Of a stretch of DNA of 51,117 nucleotides, positions 9,456 to 20,431 are shown one piece after another (within the stretch, counting starts at the first letter, position 1; the number at the start of each line of letters is the position of its first letter). A program made the position numbers and the translations under genes. The notes beneath the pieces were generated by a model. It did not search any database. It saw only the letters and a program-made list of their open reading frames with translations, and had not been told where the DNA came from. The DNA is from Bacteroidales bacterium (GTDB lineage: Bacteria; Bacteroidota; Bacteroidia; Bacteroidales; JAADJA01). Where the stretch lies: the NCBI GenBank assembly GCA_026984135.1, contig JALSSR010000152.1:1-51117 (forward strand). Direction: 5' to 3'.

Positions 9456-11939
9456 TCAGAATCTGAAATTAAATGCAAAGAAAATGCCGAATTTATTAGC
9501 TTTAGTATTTTCAAGATGAGAAAGTCTCCATATTGCGTCAATCCTGAAAATCTTAAAAATATTTTCAATTCCCACACCTGCTTCCATATAAGGTTTGTTA
9601 AGTGTATGTGTAATGTCCGGAAGTTTATTATACTCCAGGTTTGATTTCGACAGGGTTCCGACAACTCCCCTGAAAGTAACCACTTCGCGCCATTTCAGTT
9701 TTCGGACAAGCGGTATATGATTGAACAGAAGACCGTCGAAATGATGTGTGTATGAAAGACTTACATATTCATCGCTGACAAACTCAAAGTAGTTCATAAG
9801 GTTATATGCATAAACATCATATATGAAAGTTTCGTTTCCGGGATGAAGCCTGAGTAAAGGCCAAGGTAATGTGCCCCATACTTTTCCCGCCTCAAGAATA
9901 TATTTGGACCATCCGATATTAAAAACATTAAACCAATGTCTTATTCCTACTCTTAATCTTTGATAGCCGTAGCTGTTATTAAACATATCGGAAATTCCAA
10001 AGCCGTATTGAATACCAATTACGGGAAATTTTGAACCGAGACTGACTCTGTTGAAATTTCCCGTTATGAAATTTTCCCTAAAGGAGATGCGCGTATCAAG
10101 TCTGAACTCACTTGTAGTTATATTCTTCAAACTTACTTCATCACCTTTATTATTAAATACAACAACCTGTTCTTTCCCGATTGGGATTATCTCCTTATAT
10201 ATATAGTTAAATGTATTGATCAATCCGTTATACCATTCGTGCTCATAACTGACAGATAATTCCTTGGTCATTGACATCTTATTTGCCGGCTGACGTCTGA
10301 AAAGTGATGATATCAAAAGGTCTTCTTTTAGCGCCCGCGGACTTGCTCCCAATTGTTCTATGTCGTATTTATAGTTTCCTGCCAGTGCCCGTCTCGGATT
10401 TTTATTTATTACATACAGAAAGCCTCCGCCATATTTTATTTGCTTATCCTCCATACCGTATGCGGCATAACCGTTAAGTCTGATATGTTCGTTGAAGTTT
10501 TTTGTTGTTCTGGCACCCAGTTTGAACCTGGTTCCTTCAATAGGGTTAAAAGAGACCAGCGACATATACGGGCCTATCTCAATTTTGTTAAATTTATAAT
10601 ACCCGGTAACTACGGTTTTTACAATATCAACCCAGGTTTTAAAAACCGGTAGATTTGTTAATGTATCTACCATATAATATATTGTCTTTTCATTTTTTGA
10701 AAGTGTGTCGGGTCTTTGTTCTCCCCAAAACTCTTCAGATTTATTGTTAGCACCGTCTGCAATGATAACGTTTACGGGTTGTGAATAGAACTTTTTATCT
10801 TTTGGCTGATTAATTAGATAGTTGTCGTAAAAACTGGTCTTTCTCCCGAAAAAACCAAGCAGTGTTCTTGTTTTTTCGTAAAGGTTAACATCGGCAAATA
10901 GCTCATCTTTGGTAACTACCCAGTATTTATTGTCAACCAAATCGTACTCCTTTTTGAAAATGGCATCATTAAGAAAGTTGATATTGGCATCTTTAGCCAG
11001 GCGGATTTCGAATGATTTTATAGCCCATGTTGTATCATTAACCCACATATTGCCGGTAAAAGTAAGTTCCTGTTTTCTCTTTGGCTTGAACATTATTTTG
11101 TAGCACCATTTATTACCTATATAGGCGCTGTCAGTAAGATAATACTTATAAAAACCGAAGCCGAAGTTTGATATGGGGCTGACAAAGTTCTTTGACACAA
11201 CAGAGATATAGTTATCATAGAAGTTGTATTTTTGAAACATCTCACCCATATACTGCATCAGGCTTTCATTTTTTACTCCCGACGTTTTTACTGCCGTTAT
11301 AACCTCTTTCTCGGTTTTTGGGTTTTTGCGGTAATAATAATCCGAAAATGTTTCTGAAAGAAATACCGGTAAAAAAGTTTTGCCGTTAACGGCTGAAGTA
11401 TCCATATAGTCAAATATAAACCTGAATGGCTTTGGAAATCTTTTTTCTTTGAATTTCTCCGTTATATTATTTGCATCAATCTCAACCTTATTATATACTC
11501 TGCATTGGTAATAATCAAACTCGGTAAAGTTATTTTTATCTTTATTTTTTATAATATTCCGCAAAATCGTATCCGCAGGATTTTCTCCGGCATTGAATAC
11601 AAATTCCGACAGGCTGATATTAGATGAAGCCAAAGCAACGCTGATTTCCTGAAAACGATTCTTTTGAATTGGGATTTCCTGCGATTGGTATCCCATACAA
11701 GAGATAACCAGAGTGTCGGTCGGGTTTTTGGTTTCGAGAGAAAAATTGCCATCAAAATCGCTTGTCACTCCTATTGTCGTACCTTTGAAATAAATGTTGG
11801 CAAAAGGGACAGGTTTTCCCGTATTGGAATCGTTAACTTCTCCCATGATTTTTGTAACCTGGCTTATTCCTTGTAACGCTGTTACAATGAAAATAATAAA
11901 GAGAAAAACGTGCCTTTTATTTCTGCCCTCCGATATCAA
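9456..11939 (-). CDS. Outer-membrane protein with N-terminal carboxypeptidase-regulatory-like domain and DUF5686-type barrel
   Basis: N-terminal GKPVPFANIYFKGTTIGVTSDFDGNFSL; C-terminal PYMEAGVGIENIFKIFRIDAIWRL ending in Phe. Confidence 0.8.
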   Translation of the reverse strand: MISEGRNKRHVFLFIIFIVTALQGISQVTKIMGEVNDSNTGKPVPFANIYFKGTTIGVTSDFDGNFSLETKNPTDTLVISCMGYQSQEIPIQKNRFQEISVALASSNISLSEFVFNAGENPADTILRNIIKNKDKNNFTEFDYYQCRVYNKVEIDANNITEKFKEKRFPKPFRFIFDYMDTSAVNGKTFLPVFLSETFSDYYYRKNPKTEKEVITAVKTSGVKNESLMQYMGEMFQKYNFYDNYISVVSKNFVSPISNFGFGFYKYYLTDSAYIGNKWCYKIMFKPKRKQELTFTGNMWVNDTTWAIKSFEIRLAKDANINFLNDAIFKKEYDLVDNKYWVVTKDELFADVNLYEKTRTLLGFFGRKTSFYDNYLINQPKDKKFYSQPVNVIIADGANNKSEEFWGEQRPDTLSKNEKTIYYMVDTLTNLPVFKTWVDIVKTVVTGYYKFNKIEIGPYMSLVSFNPIEGTRFKLGARTTKNFNEHIRLNGYAAYGMEDKQIKYGGGFLYVINKNPRRALAGNYKYDIEQLGASPRALKEDLLISSLFRRQPANKMSMTKELSVSYEHEWYNGLINTFNYIYKEIIPIGKEQVVVFNNKGDEVSLKNITTSEFRLDTRISFRENFITGNFNRVSLGSKFPVIGIQYGFGISDMFNNSYGYQRLRVGIRHWFNVFNIGWSKYILEAGKVWGTLPWPLLRLHPGNETFIYDVYAYNLMNYFEFVSDEYVSLSYTHHFDGLLFNHIPLVRKLKWREVVTFRGVVGTLSKSNLEYNKLPDITHTLNKPYMEAGVGIENIFKIFRIDAIWRLSHLENTKANKFGIFFAFNFRF

Positions 11940-12087
11940 TTAGTTTTTAGTTTTTTATGTAAAGATTTTTATTACGAAGTTAATAAAAAATTATAAAACC
12001 CATTATTATAACCGGATAATTTATTCTGAAATAAAATAAATATTCCAACTATAAAATCATTTTAAAGTGCTATCATATAGATGTTTA

Positions 12088-13053
12088 CTACAAAATTCCT
12101 TCATTAAGAATATCATGCAGGTGAATTACTCCAACATATTTAGTGCCATCAAGAACAAGTAGCTGCGTAATGTTAAATTTTCTCATTATCCCCAATGCGT
12201 CTACTACCAAAGTATTTTTATCAACAGTCTTTGGATTTCTTGTCATTATATCTCCTGCTGAAATATTGTTAATAGTATTATTATTTTCAAGCATTCGCCT
12301 TAAATCGCCGTCAGTAATAACACCCGTAAGTTTCCCGTTATCCATAACAGCGGTTGTTCCAAGTCTTTTAGACGATATTTCAACGATTGTCGTTTTAATG
12401 TCATCATCTATGTTGACTTTTGGGACTTCATTTTTTACAAACAGGTCATTTACTTTCAGATAAAGTTTTTTTCCGAGAGCTCCGCCCGGATGATATTTTG
12501 CAAAATCATCAATCGAAAAGCCACGGCTTTCAAGCAGGGCAACAGCAATTGCATCACCCATAACAAGCTGAGCTGTAGTGCTTGAAGTGGGAGCAAGATT
12601 GTTGGGGCATGCTTCTTTCTCAACGTAGGTACTTATAACGAAATCGGCCTGATTTGCAAGGTATGAATCCCTGTTTCCGGTTAATGCAATTAATGTACTA
12701 CCTCTGAATTTTAACAAAGGAACAAGTATTTTTATTTCGGGAGTATTTCCGCTATTGGATATACATATAATAATATCGTCTTTTTGAACTATTCCCAAAT
12801 CACCATGAATGGCATCCGCAGCATGCATAAAGACAGACGGTGTGCCGGTTGAATTAAGTGTTGCGACAACCTTGCTTGCTATGTTGGCACTCTTCCCAAT
12901 GCCCGTGATAACAACTCTTCCCGATGATGAAAGTATGGATTGAATTGCTTTTGGAAAGTTGTCATCTAACTGATCAATGAGGCCTTCAATAGCCAACTTT
13001 TCATTGCGGATTGTTTCAATCGCAATATTTTTTATTTCTTCTATTGACTTCAA
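12088..13053 (-). CDS. kdsD: KpsF/GutQ family arabinose-5-phosphate isomerase (SIS plus CBS domains)
   Basis: TGIGKS, HGDLG, EACPNNLAPTSST, FAKYHPGGALG, and a CBS pair. Confidence 0.92.
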   Translation of the reverse strand: MKSIEEIKNIAIETIRNEKLAIEGLIDQLDDNFPKAIQSILSSSGRVVITGIGKSANIASKVVATLNSTGTPSVFMHAADAIHGDLGIVQKDDIIICISNSGNTPEIKILVPLLKFRGSTLIALTGNRDSYLANQADFVISTYVEKEACPNNLAPTSSTTAQLVMGDAIAVALLESRGFSIDDFAKYHPGGALGKKLYLKVNDLFVKNEVPKVNIDDDIKTTIVEISSKRLGTTAVMDNGKLTGVITDGDLRRMLENNNTINNISAGDIMTRNPKTVDKNTLVVDALGIMRKFNITQLLVLDGTKYVGVIHLHDILNEGIL

Positions 13054-13173
13054 GTTAAAAATTTTTTATACATTTGATAAAAAATACAAAAGTACAACTT
13101 TTTAAGTTTTGTACTTTAATTTGGGTCAAACAAAAAAATATTATCTTTATATTTTATAAAAAAAAATTATAAC

Positions 13174-13206
13174 TTTGTCTTGTAAATTAAATTTTTTGTA
13201 AATTTG
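13174..13206 (+). promoter_or_regulatory. sigma-A promoter for recQ; the divergent kdsD -7 box is at 13087-13094 on the minus strand
   Basis: TTTG at 13174-13177, 21-nt spacer, TAAATTTG at 13199-13206. Confidence 0.6.
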
Positions 13207-13275
13207 TAAAAACGAATTATCCAAGGAGAAGATATAAGAAACTATTTTGGTTAGATTAATTAATGAGAGGTCAGT

Positions 13276-15483
13276 ATGGTAAAAAAAATGGATAATGATT
13301 ATCCTTTGCACGAATTTCTAAAAAAGATTTTTGGGTTCGACAGTTTTAAGGGAAATCAGGAGGCAATAATTAAAAGTGTGTTAGATGGCTACAATACATT
13401 TGTTATTATGCCTACGGGCGGAGGAAAGTCAATGTGTTATCAGCTACCCGCTATTGTAAGTGAGGGTACTGCAATAATTATTTCGCCGTTAATTGCATTA
13501 ATGAAGAATCAGGTTGATGCTTTAAGAAACTTTGGCGCAGAAAAAGGGATTGCTCATTTCTTGAACTCTTCACTTTCAAAACCGGAAATACAGCAGGTTA
13601 AAGATGATTTGACGGCAGGTAAAACAAAATTGTTATATGTTGCGCCCGAATCTTTGACAAAAGAAGAAAATGTTGATTTTTTGAAAACAATAAAAATCTC
13701 ATTTTATGCAATTGACGAGGCCCATTGTATTTCGGAATGGGGACACGATTTCAGACCTGAATATAGAAGGATCAGACCTATAATTGAATCTATCGGGCAG
13801 GATGTGCCTGTTATGGCATTGACTGCTACGGCAACATTAAAGGTTCAGCAGGATATACAGAAAAATCTGAATATCCTTGACGCAAGGGTTTACAAATCTT
13901 CGTTCGACAGGCCAAACCTTTATTATGAAGTAAGACCGAAAGGGAAAGATGTAATTAAGGATATCATCAAATACATTAAAACAATGCCCAATAAGTCGGG
14001 TATTGTATATTGCCTTAGCAGAAAAAAGGTTGAGGAAATAGCAGAGACCTTGCAGGTCAACGGAATCAAGGCACTACCTTATCATGCAGGTCTTGACGCT
14101 GCTACACGGCGTAATAATCAGGATAGATTTTTGATGGAGGAGTCCGATGTTATTGTTGCTACCATTGCTTTTGGAATGGGAATAGATAAACCGGATATTA
14201 GATTTGTAATCCACCACGACATACCTAAAAGTATTGAAGGATATTATCAGGAAACAGGTCGTGCAGGCAGAGATGACGGGGAAGGCAATTGCATTACCTT
14301 TTACAGCTACGATGATATTGTTAAACTCGAAAAATTCATGAAAGGAAAGCCTGTTGCCGAACAGGAAATTGCAAAGCAGCTTCTTCAGGAAACAGTGTCT
14401 TATGCCGAGTCTGCAGTCTGCCGTCATCGTCAGCTCTTGCATTATTTTGGAGAGGAATACACGAAAGATAATTGTGGTGCCTGCGATAATTGCTTACATC
14501 CGAAAGAGAAATTTGAAGGCATGGAGTTTGTGAAGATCGCCCTTGAAGCTGTTGTGGAGGTGAAGCAACTTTTCAAAGCCAAGCACATTATTAATATTCT
14601 CGTAGGCAAGAATACTGCAACAATAAAATCGTTTAAGCACAATAAACTGAAATCATTCGGCAGGGGAATGGAAAAGGATGAGAAGTTTTGGAATGCCGTA
14701 ATCCGTCAGGCTCTGATAAAGAATTTGCTGGTAAAGGATATTGAGAACTATGGACTGCTGAAAGTAACTCCGGATGGTGAAAAGTTTATTGAAAGCCCGT
14801 GGTCTATTATGCTTACCAAGGATCATGATTATGAAAATACCGATGGCGATGAAGACTTTTTTGGTGGTGGTGCAGTCAAAACCAGTACAACGGATCAGAC
14901 ATTGTTTGCATTGCTGAAGGACTTGAGAAAGGAGATATCACGTAAGGAAAATTTACCTCCTTTTGTTATTTTTCAGGATCCGTCACTTGAAGATATGTCA
15001 ATTCAATATCCCATTAAAGAGGAAGAATTGCTGCAGATTACAGGTGTTGGTGCCGGGAAAGCAAAAAAATACGGAAAGCCTTTTCTGGAGTTAATTAAGA
15101 GTTATGTTGAGGAGAATGAGATTACAAGGCCGAATGACCTTGTTGTGAAATCCGTTATCAATAAATCGGGATTGAAGGTGTATATTATTAAGAGCATTGA
15201 CAGAAAACTTGCTCTGGAAGATATTGCGTTCACAAAGAATCTGTCGGTAGACGAGCTTCTGACGGAAATCGAAAGTATTGTAGCTTCGGGTACAAAGGTT
15301 AATATTGATTACTATATTGATGAGTATGTTGACGAATATCACCAGGAGGAAATATTTGAGTATTTCCAGGAGGCCGAGACGGATTCTTTGGAAGAAGCTC
15401 ATGTGGAACTTGGTGAAGATGAGTTTACCGAAGAGGAAATCAGGCTTGTTAGAATAAAGTTTATGTCGGAGGTTGGAAATTAA
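13276..15483 (+). CDS. recQ: DNA helicase RecQ (helicase core, Zn/RQC, HRDC, C-terminal HTH)
   Basis: MPTGGGKS, AIDEAHCISEWGHDFRP, ATIAFGMGIDKPD, QETGRAGRDG, and a Cys cluster (CRH...CGACDNC). Confidence 0.96.
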   Translation: MVKKMDNDYPLHEFLKKIFGFDSFKGNQEAIIKSVLDGYNTFVIMPTGGGKSMCYQLPAIVSEGTAIIISPLIALMKNQVDALRNFGAEKGIAHFLNSSLSKPEIQQVKDDLTAGKTKLLYVAPESLTKEENVDFLKTIKISFYAIDEAHCISEWGHDFRPEYRRIRPIIESIGQDVPVMALTATATLKVQQDIQKNLNILDARVYKSSFDRPNLYYEVRPKGKDVIKDIIKYIKTMPNKSGIVYCLSRKKVEEIAETLQVNGIKALPYHAGLDAATRRNNQDRFLMEESDVIVATIAFGMGIDKPDIRFVIHHDIPKSIEGYYQETGRAGRDDGEGNCITFYSYDDIVKLEKFMKGKPVAEQEIAKQLLQETVSYAESAVCRHRQLLHYFGEEYTKDNCGACDNCLHPKEKFEGMEFVKIALEAVVEVKQLFKAKHIINILVGKNTATIKSFKHNKLKSFGRGMEKDEKFWNAVIRQALIKNLLVKDIENYGLLKVTPDGEKFIESPWSIMLTKDHDYENTDGDEDFFGGGAVKTSTTDQTLFALLKDLRKEISRKENLPPFVIFQDPSLEDMSIQYPIKEEELLQITGVGAGKAKKYGKPFLELIKSYVEENEITRPNDLVVKSVINKSGLKVYIIKSIDRKLALEDIAFTKNLSVDELLTEIESIVASGTKVNIDYYIDEYVDEYHQEEIFEYFQEAETDSLEEAHVELGEDEFTEEEIRLVRIKFMSEVGN

Positions 15484-15600
15484 ATCTTTAATAAAAAAAT
15501 ACCCCTCCTGTTGTTCAAATGGAATTGTACTTTTGCAAATCATTAATAAACAAAAGACCGGCAATTTTTGTTTGGTCTTTTATCATAAATATTAAATTAT

Positions 15601-16236
15601 ATGAGTGAAGAAATGAAAAATAATAATTCGGGATTAATCGTTGCGATAATTGCTCTGATAGGAGTAATTGTTTTATTTGTTTTGTATTTTTCTGAAAATG
15701 ATGAGGTACAGGAACATAGTAAAGCCCATAGTGTTGCAATAGCCAAAGAGATGCCGGCTTCGTCCATCGCCTTTGTTAACTCCGATAGCGTTTTGGCTCA
15801 TTACGACCTTGTTACCAAATTGTCGGATGACTTAAAAAAGGAGCGTGATAAAAAGGATAAAGATATCACTGCAAAGCAAAAAGCCTATCAGGATGACGCT
15901 GCCTATTTTCAGGAACAGGTGCAAAAACAAACCATCTCTCAGCAAAGTGCCGAAGAAATATATCAGAAACTTATGCAGCGCCAGCAGGATTTGTATTTAT
16001 TGCAGGATCAATACTCTTCCGAACTTGCACAAAAAGAGATGGATATGAACGTGATTATCCTTGATAGTATTCGTAACTATCTTAAGCGTATGAATCTTTC
16101 CGCAAACTTTGATTATGTGCTGAGTTACAATTCAATGGGAAATATTCTGTTTGCAAAAGATACCTTTGATATAACACCTCAGGTTGTCCGGGGTTTAAAT
16201 ATGGAATATGCCGCGAAAAATAATAAGGAAGAGTGA
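15601..16236 (+). CDS. OmpH/Skp family periplasmic chaperone
   Basis: N-terminal anchor, IAFVNSDSVL, a coiled-coil middle, and FDYVLSY...ILFAKDTFDITPQVVRGLN. Confidence 0.8.
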   Translation: MSEEMKNNNSGLIVAIIALIGVIVLFVLYFSENDEVQEHSKAHSVAIAKEMPASSIAFVNSDSVLAHYDLVTKLSDDLKKERDKKDKDITAKQKAYQDDAAYFQEQVQKQTISQQSAEEIYQKLMQRQQDLYLLQDQYSSELAQKEMDMNVIILDSIRNYLKRMNLSANFDYVLSYNSMGNILFAKDTFDITPQVVRGLNMEYAAKNNKEE

Positions 16237-16595
16237 AAAGGCATATCATCTATATTGTTATTTCTCTGATTGTCATATCGGGATGTACAACGGATATTTC
16301 GGAAAAAAAGGAAAAACCTCCCGCCAATCTGATTCCGCGTGACGAAATTGTTAATGTCATCGTTGATATGCATCTGTATGATGCGGCAATAAAGGAGAAA
16401 CAAAAGAAACACAGGGATATCTTAAAATCAAAATATTATCTCTATCAAACCGTAATGGAAAAGTATAATATCACACGGGAACAGTTTGAAAGTAGCTTGA
16501 AGTATTATCAGCAAGACCTTGATGATTATGACAAAATATATGATGATGTTATTGAAAAGCTAAGCAAGATGAAGGCCGAAGCCGAATTGAAATAA
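16233..16595 (+). CDS. DUF4296-type lipoprotein
   Basis: Lipobox ISGC; PANLIPRDEIVNVIVDMHLYDA; KYNITREQFESSLKYY. Confidence 0.75.
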   Translation: MKRHIIYIVISLIVISGCTTDISEKKEKPPANLIPRDEIVNVIVDMHLYDAAIKEKQKKHRDILKSKYYLYQTVMEKYNITREQFESSLKYYQQDLDDYDKIYDDVIEKLSKMKAEAELK

Positions 16596-17015
16596 CTATT
16601 GTTTTTCGTATGTTGCCGTGCAGGTGTAAAGATCCGCACCGTCATTGACGGTGTAGTTCCAGGTTATCTTGTTTTTATTCAGTTTTCCGCTTCCCTGTAC
16701 TTCATTTGAGCAATTGTTGCACATATCTTGCTTGGGAATGGTAATTGTACTTCCCGCAACAATAGCATACGGCGGTTTTTCGTTATTACCGATAAGCCAG
16801 AAGTTTTTTATTAAAACCTGGCTGCTGTTTGAAGGGTCGGCAATTATTTGGACGGAATACGAGTCCCGGTTACAGGTTTCGTTAACATCCCAGTAACCAA
16901 TAAACTGATCCCTGTCGTCGGCAGGATTTGCATTGTCGTCTTCGGTACAGGACGGGATTAATAAAATGCCGAAGAATAAAGTTGTCAGAATCGTAAATTT
17001 ACCTATTTTAATCAT
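16596..17015 (-). CDS. Hypothetical lipoprotein, probably surface-exposed
   Basis: Signal peptide ending IPSC, followed by acidic TEDD, which resembles the Bacteroidota lipoprotein export signal. Confidence 0.7.
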   Translation of the reverse strand: MIKIGKFTILTTLFFGILLIPSCTEDDNANPADDRDQFIGYWDVNETCNRDSYSVQIIADPSNSSQVLIKNFWLIGNNEKPPYAIVAGSTITIPKQDMCNNCSNEVQGSGKLNKNKITWNYTVNDGADLYTCTATYEKQ

Positions 17016-17101
17016 TGTTTTTTAAATTTGAATAAAAATGAATATTTTTGTAAAAATAATATAATTTTAAATATTGTCTTCGGAAAAGGGGAAAATTAAA
17101 A

Positions 17102-19330
17102 ATGGAAAAAAGAATTATTGAAAGAAATTATAAAAGTATTTTTGGTCTTGTAAAAAGCAAAAGACTTAAAGATGCCCTTAATCTGTTGAGAGAATTGGTA
17201 CTTGCTTCAGGGAAAGGTGATCTGATCTCGCAATTTGAAGAATTGGATACAACTTACGAAACTTTATTGAAATATGCCGTGGATGGTGTCTCTGACCCTG
17301 AGCGTGATAAAATATATCGTAAACTGCAGGTTTCGGTACTTGAACTGTCTGATATTGCAAGGCAGCAAGCTATTATGAAGGCGAGCAATCAGTATCTTTA
17401 TAATATGAAACGGCAGATCGAGAACAGAGCAGGTCTTGTGAAAGAGGAGGCAATTAAAAGTATTGACAGCCTTGCTTTTGATGATGAACTTGCCAGCGTT
17501 CTGACAGAATCTTTTGTGTCGGCAAAGGACAATAAAAGTGAGTATTTGCGACACCAGGAAACCTTGAGTAAAGTATTTAACCTGATACTCCTGACCGATA
17601 AATTTAAGGAGGCCGACATAAAACTTGTGAAGTCGCTTTGGGTTTCAAAGAATTTCCCGTGGTATGAACAGGCAATTGTTATTAGTGCCCTGACAGTTAG
17701 CTCGATACGATCATTTGATGTTAAAAAAATCGAACTTTTAATGGAGTTTTCTATGGACTCGAATGAACAGATACGACAGAGGGCTTTGGTAGGTTTGTTT
17801 TTTAGCTTGTACATTTATGATTCCAGATTGGAATTTTATCCTGAATTGTTGAAAGAAATCGAAGAATTGAAAGCTATCCCCGAAATCGAAACAAATATAG
17901 AATTCATTGCTATTCAGTTGCTTAAAACCAAAGAGACGGAAAAGATATCCAAAAAACTCAATGAAGAAATATTCCCCGAAGTTGCTAAATTTCAACCGAA
18001 ATTAAAGGATAAACTGGACCTTGACAATATTTTGTCCGATGATTTTATGGAAGATAAAAATCCTGATTGGGAAAGGGTTTTTGAGGATGCTCCCGATCTT
18101 CTTGACAAACTTCAGGAAATATCAAAACTTCAGCTTGAGGGTTCCGATGTTTTTATGGCTGCTTTTTCACGACTGAAAAACTTCTCCTTTTTTGATGAAA
18201 TGATCAACTGGTTCAGACCGTTTCATGTTGATAATTATATAATCAGGGAAGCCCTGAGCCGGGAAGATGAAAGTTTTGATACCGACCTGTTCCTCGATAG
18301 CCTTTCGCAGTCTTTCTTTTTGTGCAATTCCGACAAATACTCGTTCTGTCTTAATATTGAGCAGATGCCGCAGATGCAGAAAAATATGATGCTTGAAATG
18401 TTCCGCGCCGAAACCGAGGGCTTAAAAGAGTTGCAAAAGGAGGATGATGTATTAAATAAATCCACTCACACAAAAAGTATCTATTCCCAATATATACACG
18501 ATTTGTACCGGTTTTACAAGCTTCATCCTTTGAGGAATGAGTTTTCGGATATATTTAAAATGAGATTTGATTTTTATAAAAGCGAATTTTATAAAATTTT
18601 GGTTGAAGATGAGAAGATTATCAGAAACATTGCGGAGTTTTTCTTTGAAAGGGAGTATTATGAACAGGCATTTGAGATTTATAAGGATTTGAATGCCAAA
18701 GGTGATAATTCACTCGAGGTATTTCAAAAAATGGGCTACTGCTCACAAAAACTCCGCAATTATGAGGAGGCTTTAAATTATTATAAAATGGCTGAGCTTT
18801 ACGATACTAACCGCGCTTGGAATATTAAAAAAATTGCGCTCTGTTATCGAAATGTGAAAAATTATGAAGAATCGCTTAAATACTACCTGGAGGCAGAGAA
18901 ATTGGAACCGGATAATCTTTATGTGCAGACTTTCATCGGGCACTCTTATCTTGATCTTAAAGATTATGAAAATGCACTGAAATATTATTTCAAAGTCGAG
19001 TTTCTCGCTCCTGACAACAAGAAGGTTTTACGTCCGATTGCCTGGTGTTCATTTGCACTCGGAAAACTTGAAACGGCAAAGAACTATTATCTTAAACTGA
19101 TTGAAAGTGAAGCCAATAAGTATGACTTTATGAATTTGGGACATGTGGAGTGGTGCCTCGGAAACCGTAAAGCGGCTTTAAAGAACTACAGGCTTTCAAT
19201 AAACAGTAATGACAACAATCTCAAATTGTTTATGGCCGGATTTGAAGAAGATAAAGAACTCATTGTCAAAAACGGGGTAGCACCGGATGAAATTCCCCTG
19301 ATGCTCGATTATCTGAAATATATTCTGTAA
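17102..19330 (+). CDS. Tetratricopeptide repeat protein
   Basis: Long helical ORF with C-terminal TPR-like repeats (MGYCSQKLRNYEEAL, IGHSYLDLKDYENAL, LGHVEWCLG). Confidence 0.8.
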   Translation: MEKRIIERNYKSIFGLVKSKRLKDALNLLRELVLASGKGDLISQFEELDTTYETLLKYAVDGVSDPERDKIYRKLQVSVLELSDIARQQAIMKASNQYLYNMKRQIENRAGLVKEEAIKSIDSLAFDDELASVLTESFVSAKDNKSEYLRHQETLSKVFNLILLTDKFKEADIKLVKSLWVSKNFPWYEQAIVISALTVSSIRSFDVKKIELLMEFSMDSNEQIRQRALVGLFFSLYIYDSRLEFYPELLKEIEELKAIPEIETNIEFIAIQLLKTKETEKISKKLNEEIFPEVAKFQPKLKDKLDLDNILSDDFMEDKNPDWERVFEDAPDLLDKLQEISKLQLEGSDVFMAAFSRLKNFSFFDEMINWFRPFHVDNYIIREALSREDESFDTDLFLDSLSQSFFLCNSDKYSFCLNIEQMPQMQKNMMLEMFRAETEGLKELQKEDDVLNKSTHTKSIYSQYIHDLYRFYKLHPLRNEFSDIFKMRFDFYKSEFYKILVEDEKIIRNIAEFFFEREYYEQAFEIYKDLNAKGDNSLEVFQKMGYCSQKLRNYEEALNYYKMAELYDTNRAWNIKKIALCYRNVKNYEESLKYYLEAEKLEPDNLYVQTFIGHSYLDLKDYENALKYYFKVEFLAPDNKKVLRPIAWCSFALGKLETAKNYYLKLIESEANKYDFMNLGHVEWCLGNRKAALKNYRLSINSNDNNLKLFMAGFEEDKELIVKNGVAPDEIPLMLDYLKYIL

Positions 19331-20119
19331 TTATCTCAATATTAGTTTCTTGATCGTCAATTGATTTTTACCTTCAAGTAATCTGACAAAATAGGGTCCT
19401 TTGGGTAATGATGGTAAGTTTATTCTTTTAACAAACTTACCTCGCTTTATTAATTCCGGTTGGGTTTCAAAAACTTTCATGCCGAGCAAATTGTAAATCT
19501 CCGCTTTTACCATTCTCTCTTTTGCAAGTTTAATATTCAGATTCACAAAAGAAGTTGCGGGATTAGGTGACAAAACAAAATCGTCCGTATCCGTTTTTTC
19601 TTCGGCAACGGCTGTTATCAGATTTCCACCCACACTGACGATTGAATCAATCAAATTTTCCGTTGAGGGTGGATATATCTGCTTCACCGGAATATACCGG
19701 TCAGGAAGAATAACGCAAAGTGTCGGTGTTCCCTGAATGCTGTATGCCATATGAACAGGATTGCCGCCACCGTTCTGTCCGCTGACGTCGGGATAAGTGA
19801 TGCCGTAAACAGAATCGAAATATTGAACGTTTTTGTTGGTGTTTCCTTTGTCAATTCCTATAAAAAAGACATTACCTTCGTTTTCGCCAAAAGCTTCGTA
19901 AGCCGCCTGAACATCAGGTGCATACAACTGGCAAGTACCGCAAGCCGTTGAGAAAAAGTCAACTACGACTATTTTGTTGTCATCAAGTAGTGAAAAGAGT
20001 TCCCAGGTGTTTCCGCTTACATCTTTAACCGTAAAATTTACGGCCGTATCAAGCAATGTTTGGGTGCGACCGGTAATAAACAAAGTAAGCAGTAATGGTA
20101 AGAGTATAATTTTTTTCAT
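19331..20119 (-). CDS. Thioredoxin-fold (redoxin) protein with T9SS CTD
   Basis: Signal peptide; VVVDFFSTACGTC (CxxC); GTPT cis-Pro loop; CTD LSPNPA...GPYFVRL...IKKLILR. Confidence 0.8.
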   Translation of the reverse strand: MKKIILLPLLLTLFITGRTQTLLDTAVNFTVKDVSGNTWELFSLLDDNKIVVVDFFSTACGTCQLYAPDVQAAYEAFGENEGNVFFIGIDKGNTNKNVQYFDSVYGITYPDVSGQNGGGNPVHMAYSIQGTPTLCVILPDRYIPVKQIYPPSTENLIDSIVSVGGNLITAVAEEKTDTDDFVLSPNPATSFVNLNIKLAKERMVKAEIYNLLGMKVFETQPELIKRGKFVKRINLPSLPKGPYFVRLLEGKNQLTIKKLILR

Positions 20120-20286
20120 TTATATTATTTTTATCGTTTCCAAATAACAGACAAATAATTCATAAAATTAGTTGTCCTTACTTTAAAATCCTTACAGGGT
20201 TATACAAAAAAATTTAAGTTTTGTTCAAGATGCCGCAATACGAAAATACCGTTCCCTGATTTTTTCATACCGTTAACTTTTTTTTG

Positions 20287-20317
20287 TTTGCTTTTTGAGA
20301 TTTTATTCCTATATTTG
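20287..20317 (+). promoter_or_regulatory. sigma-A promoter for the first beta-propeller T9SS gene
   Basis: TTTG at 20287-20290, 19-nt spacer, TATATTTG at 20310-20317. Confidence 0.7.
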
Positions 20318-20431
20318 TTGCCAGAACATATACCAAATAATAAGTTTTGCACCTGTTATTAAAAACAAATTAAAAATTTTAATAGTTTTTGAAAGAATTA
20401 AAAATGTCGAATAACACTCTTTAATAAGATT

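Noticed and set aside
16593-19333. Zero-gap convergent gene junctions (16595/16596 and 19330/19331)
   Set aside because: Abutting or overlapping 3' ends are common in compact Bacteroidota genomes; nothing else points to antisense regulation.
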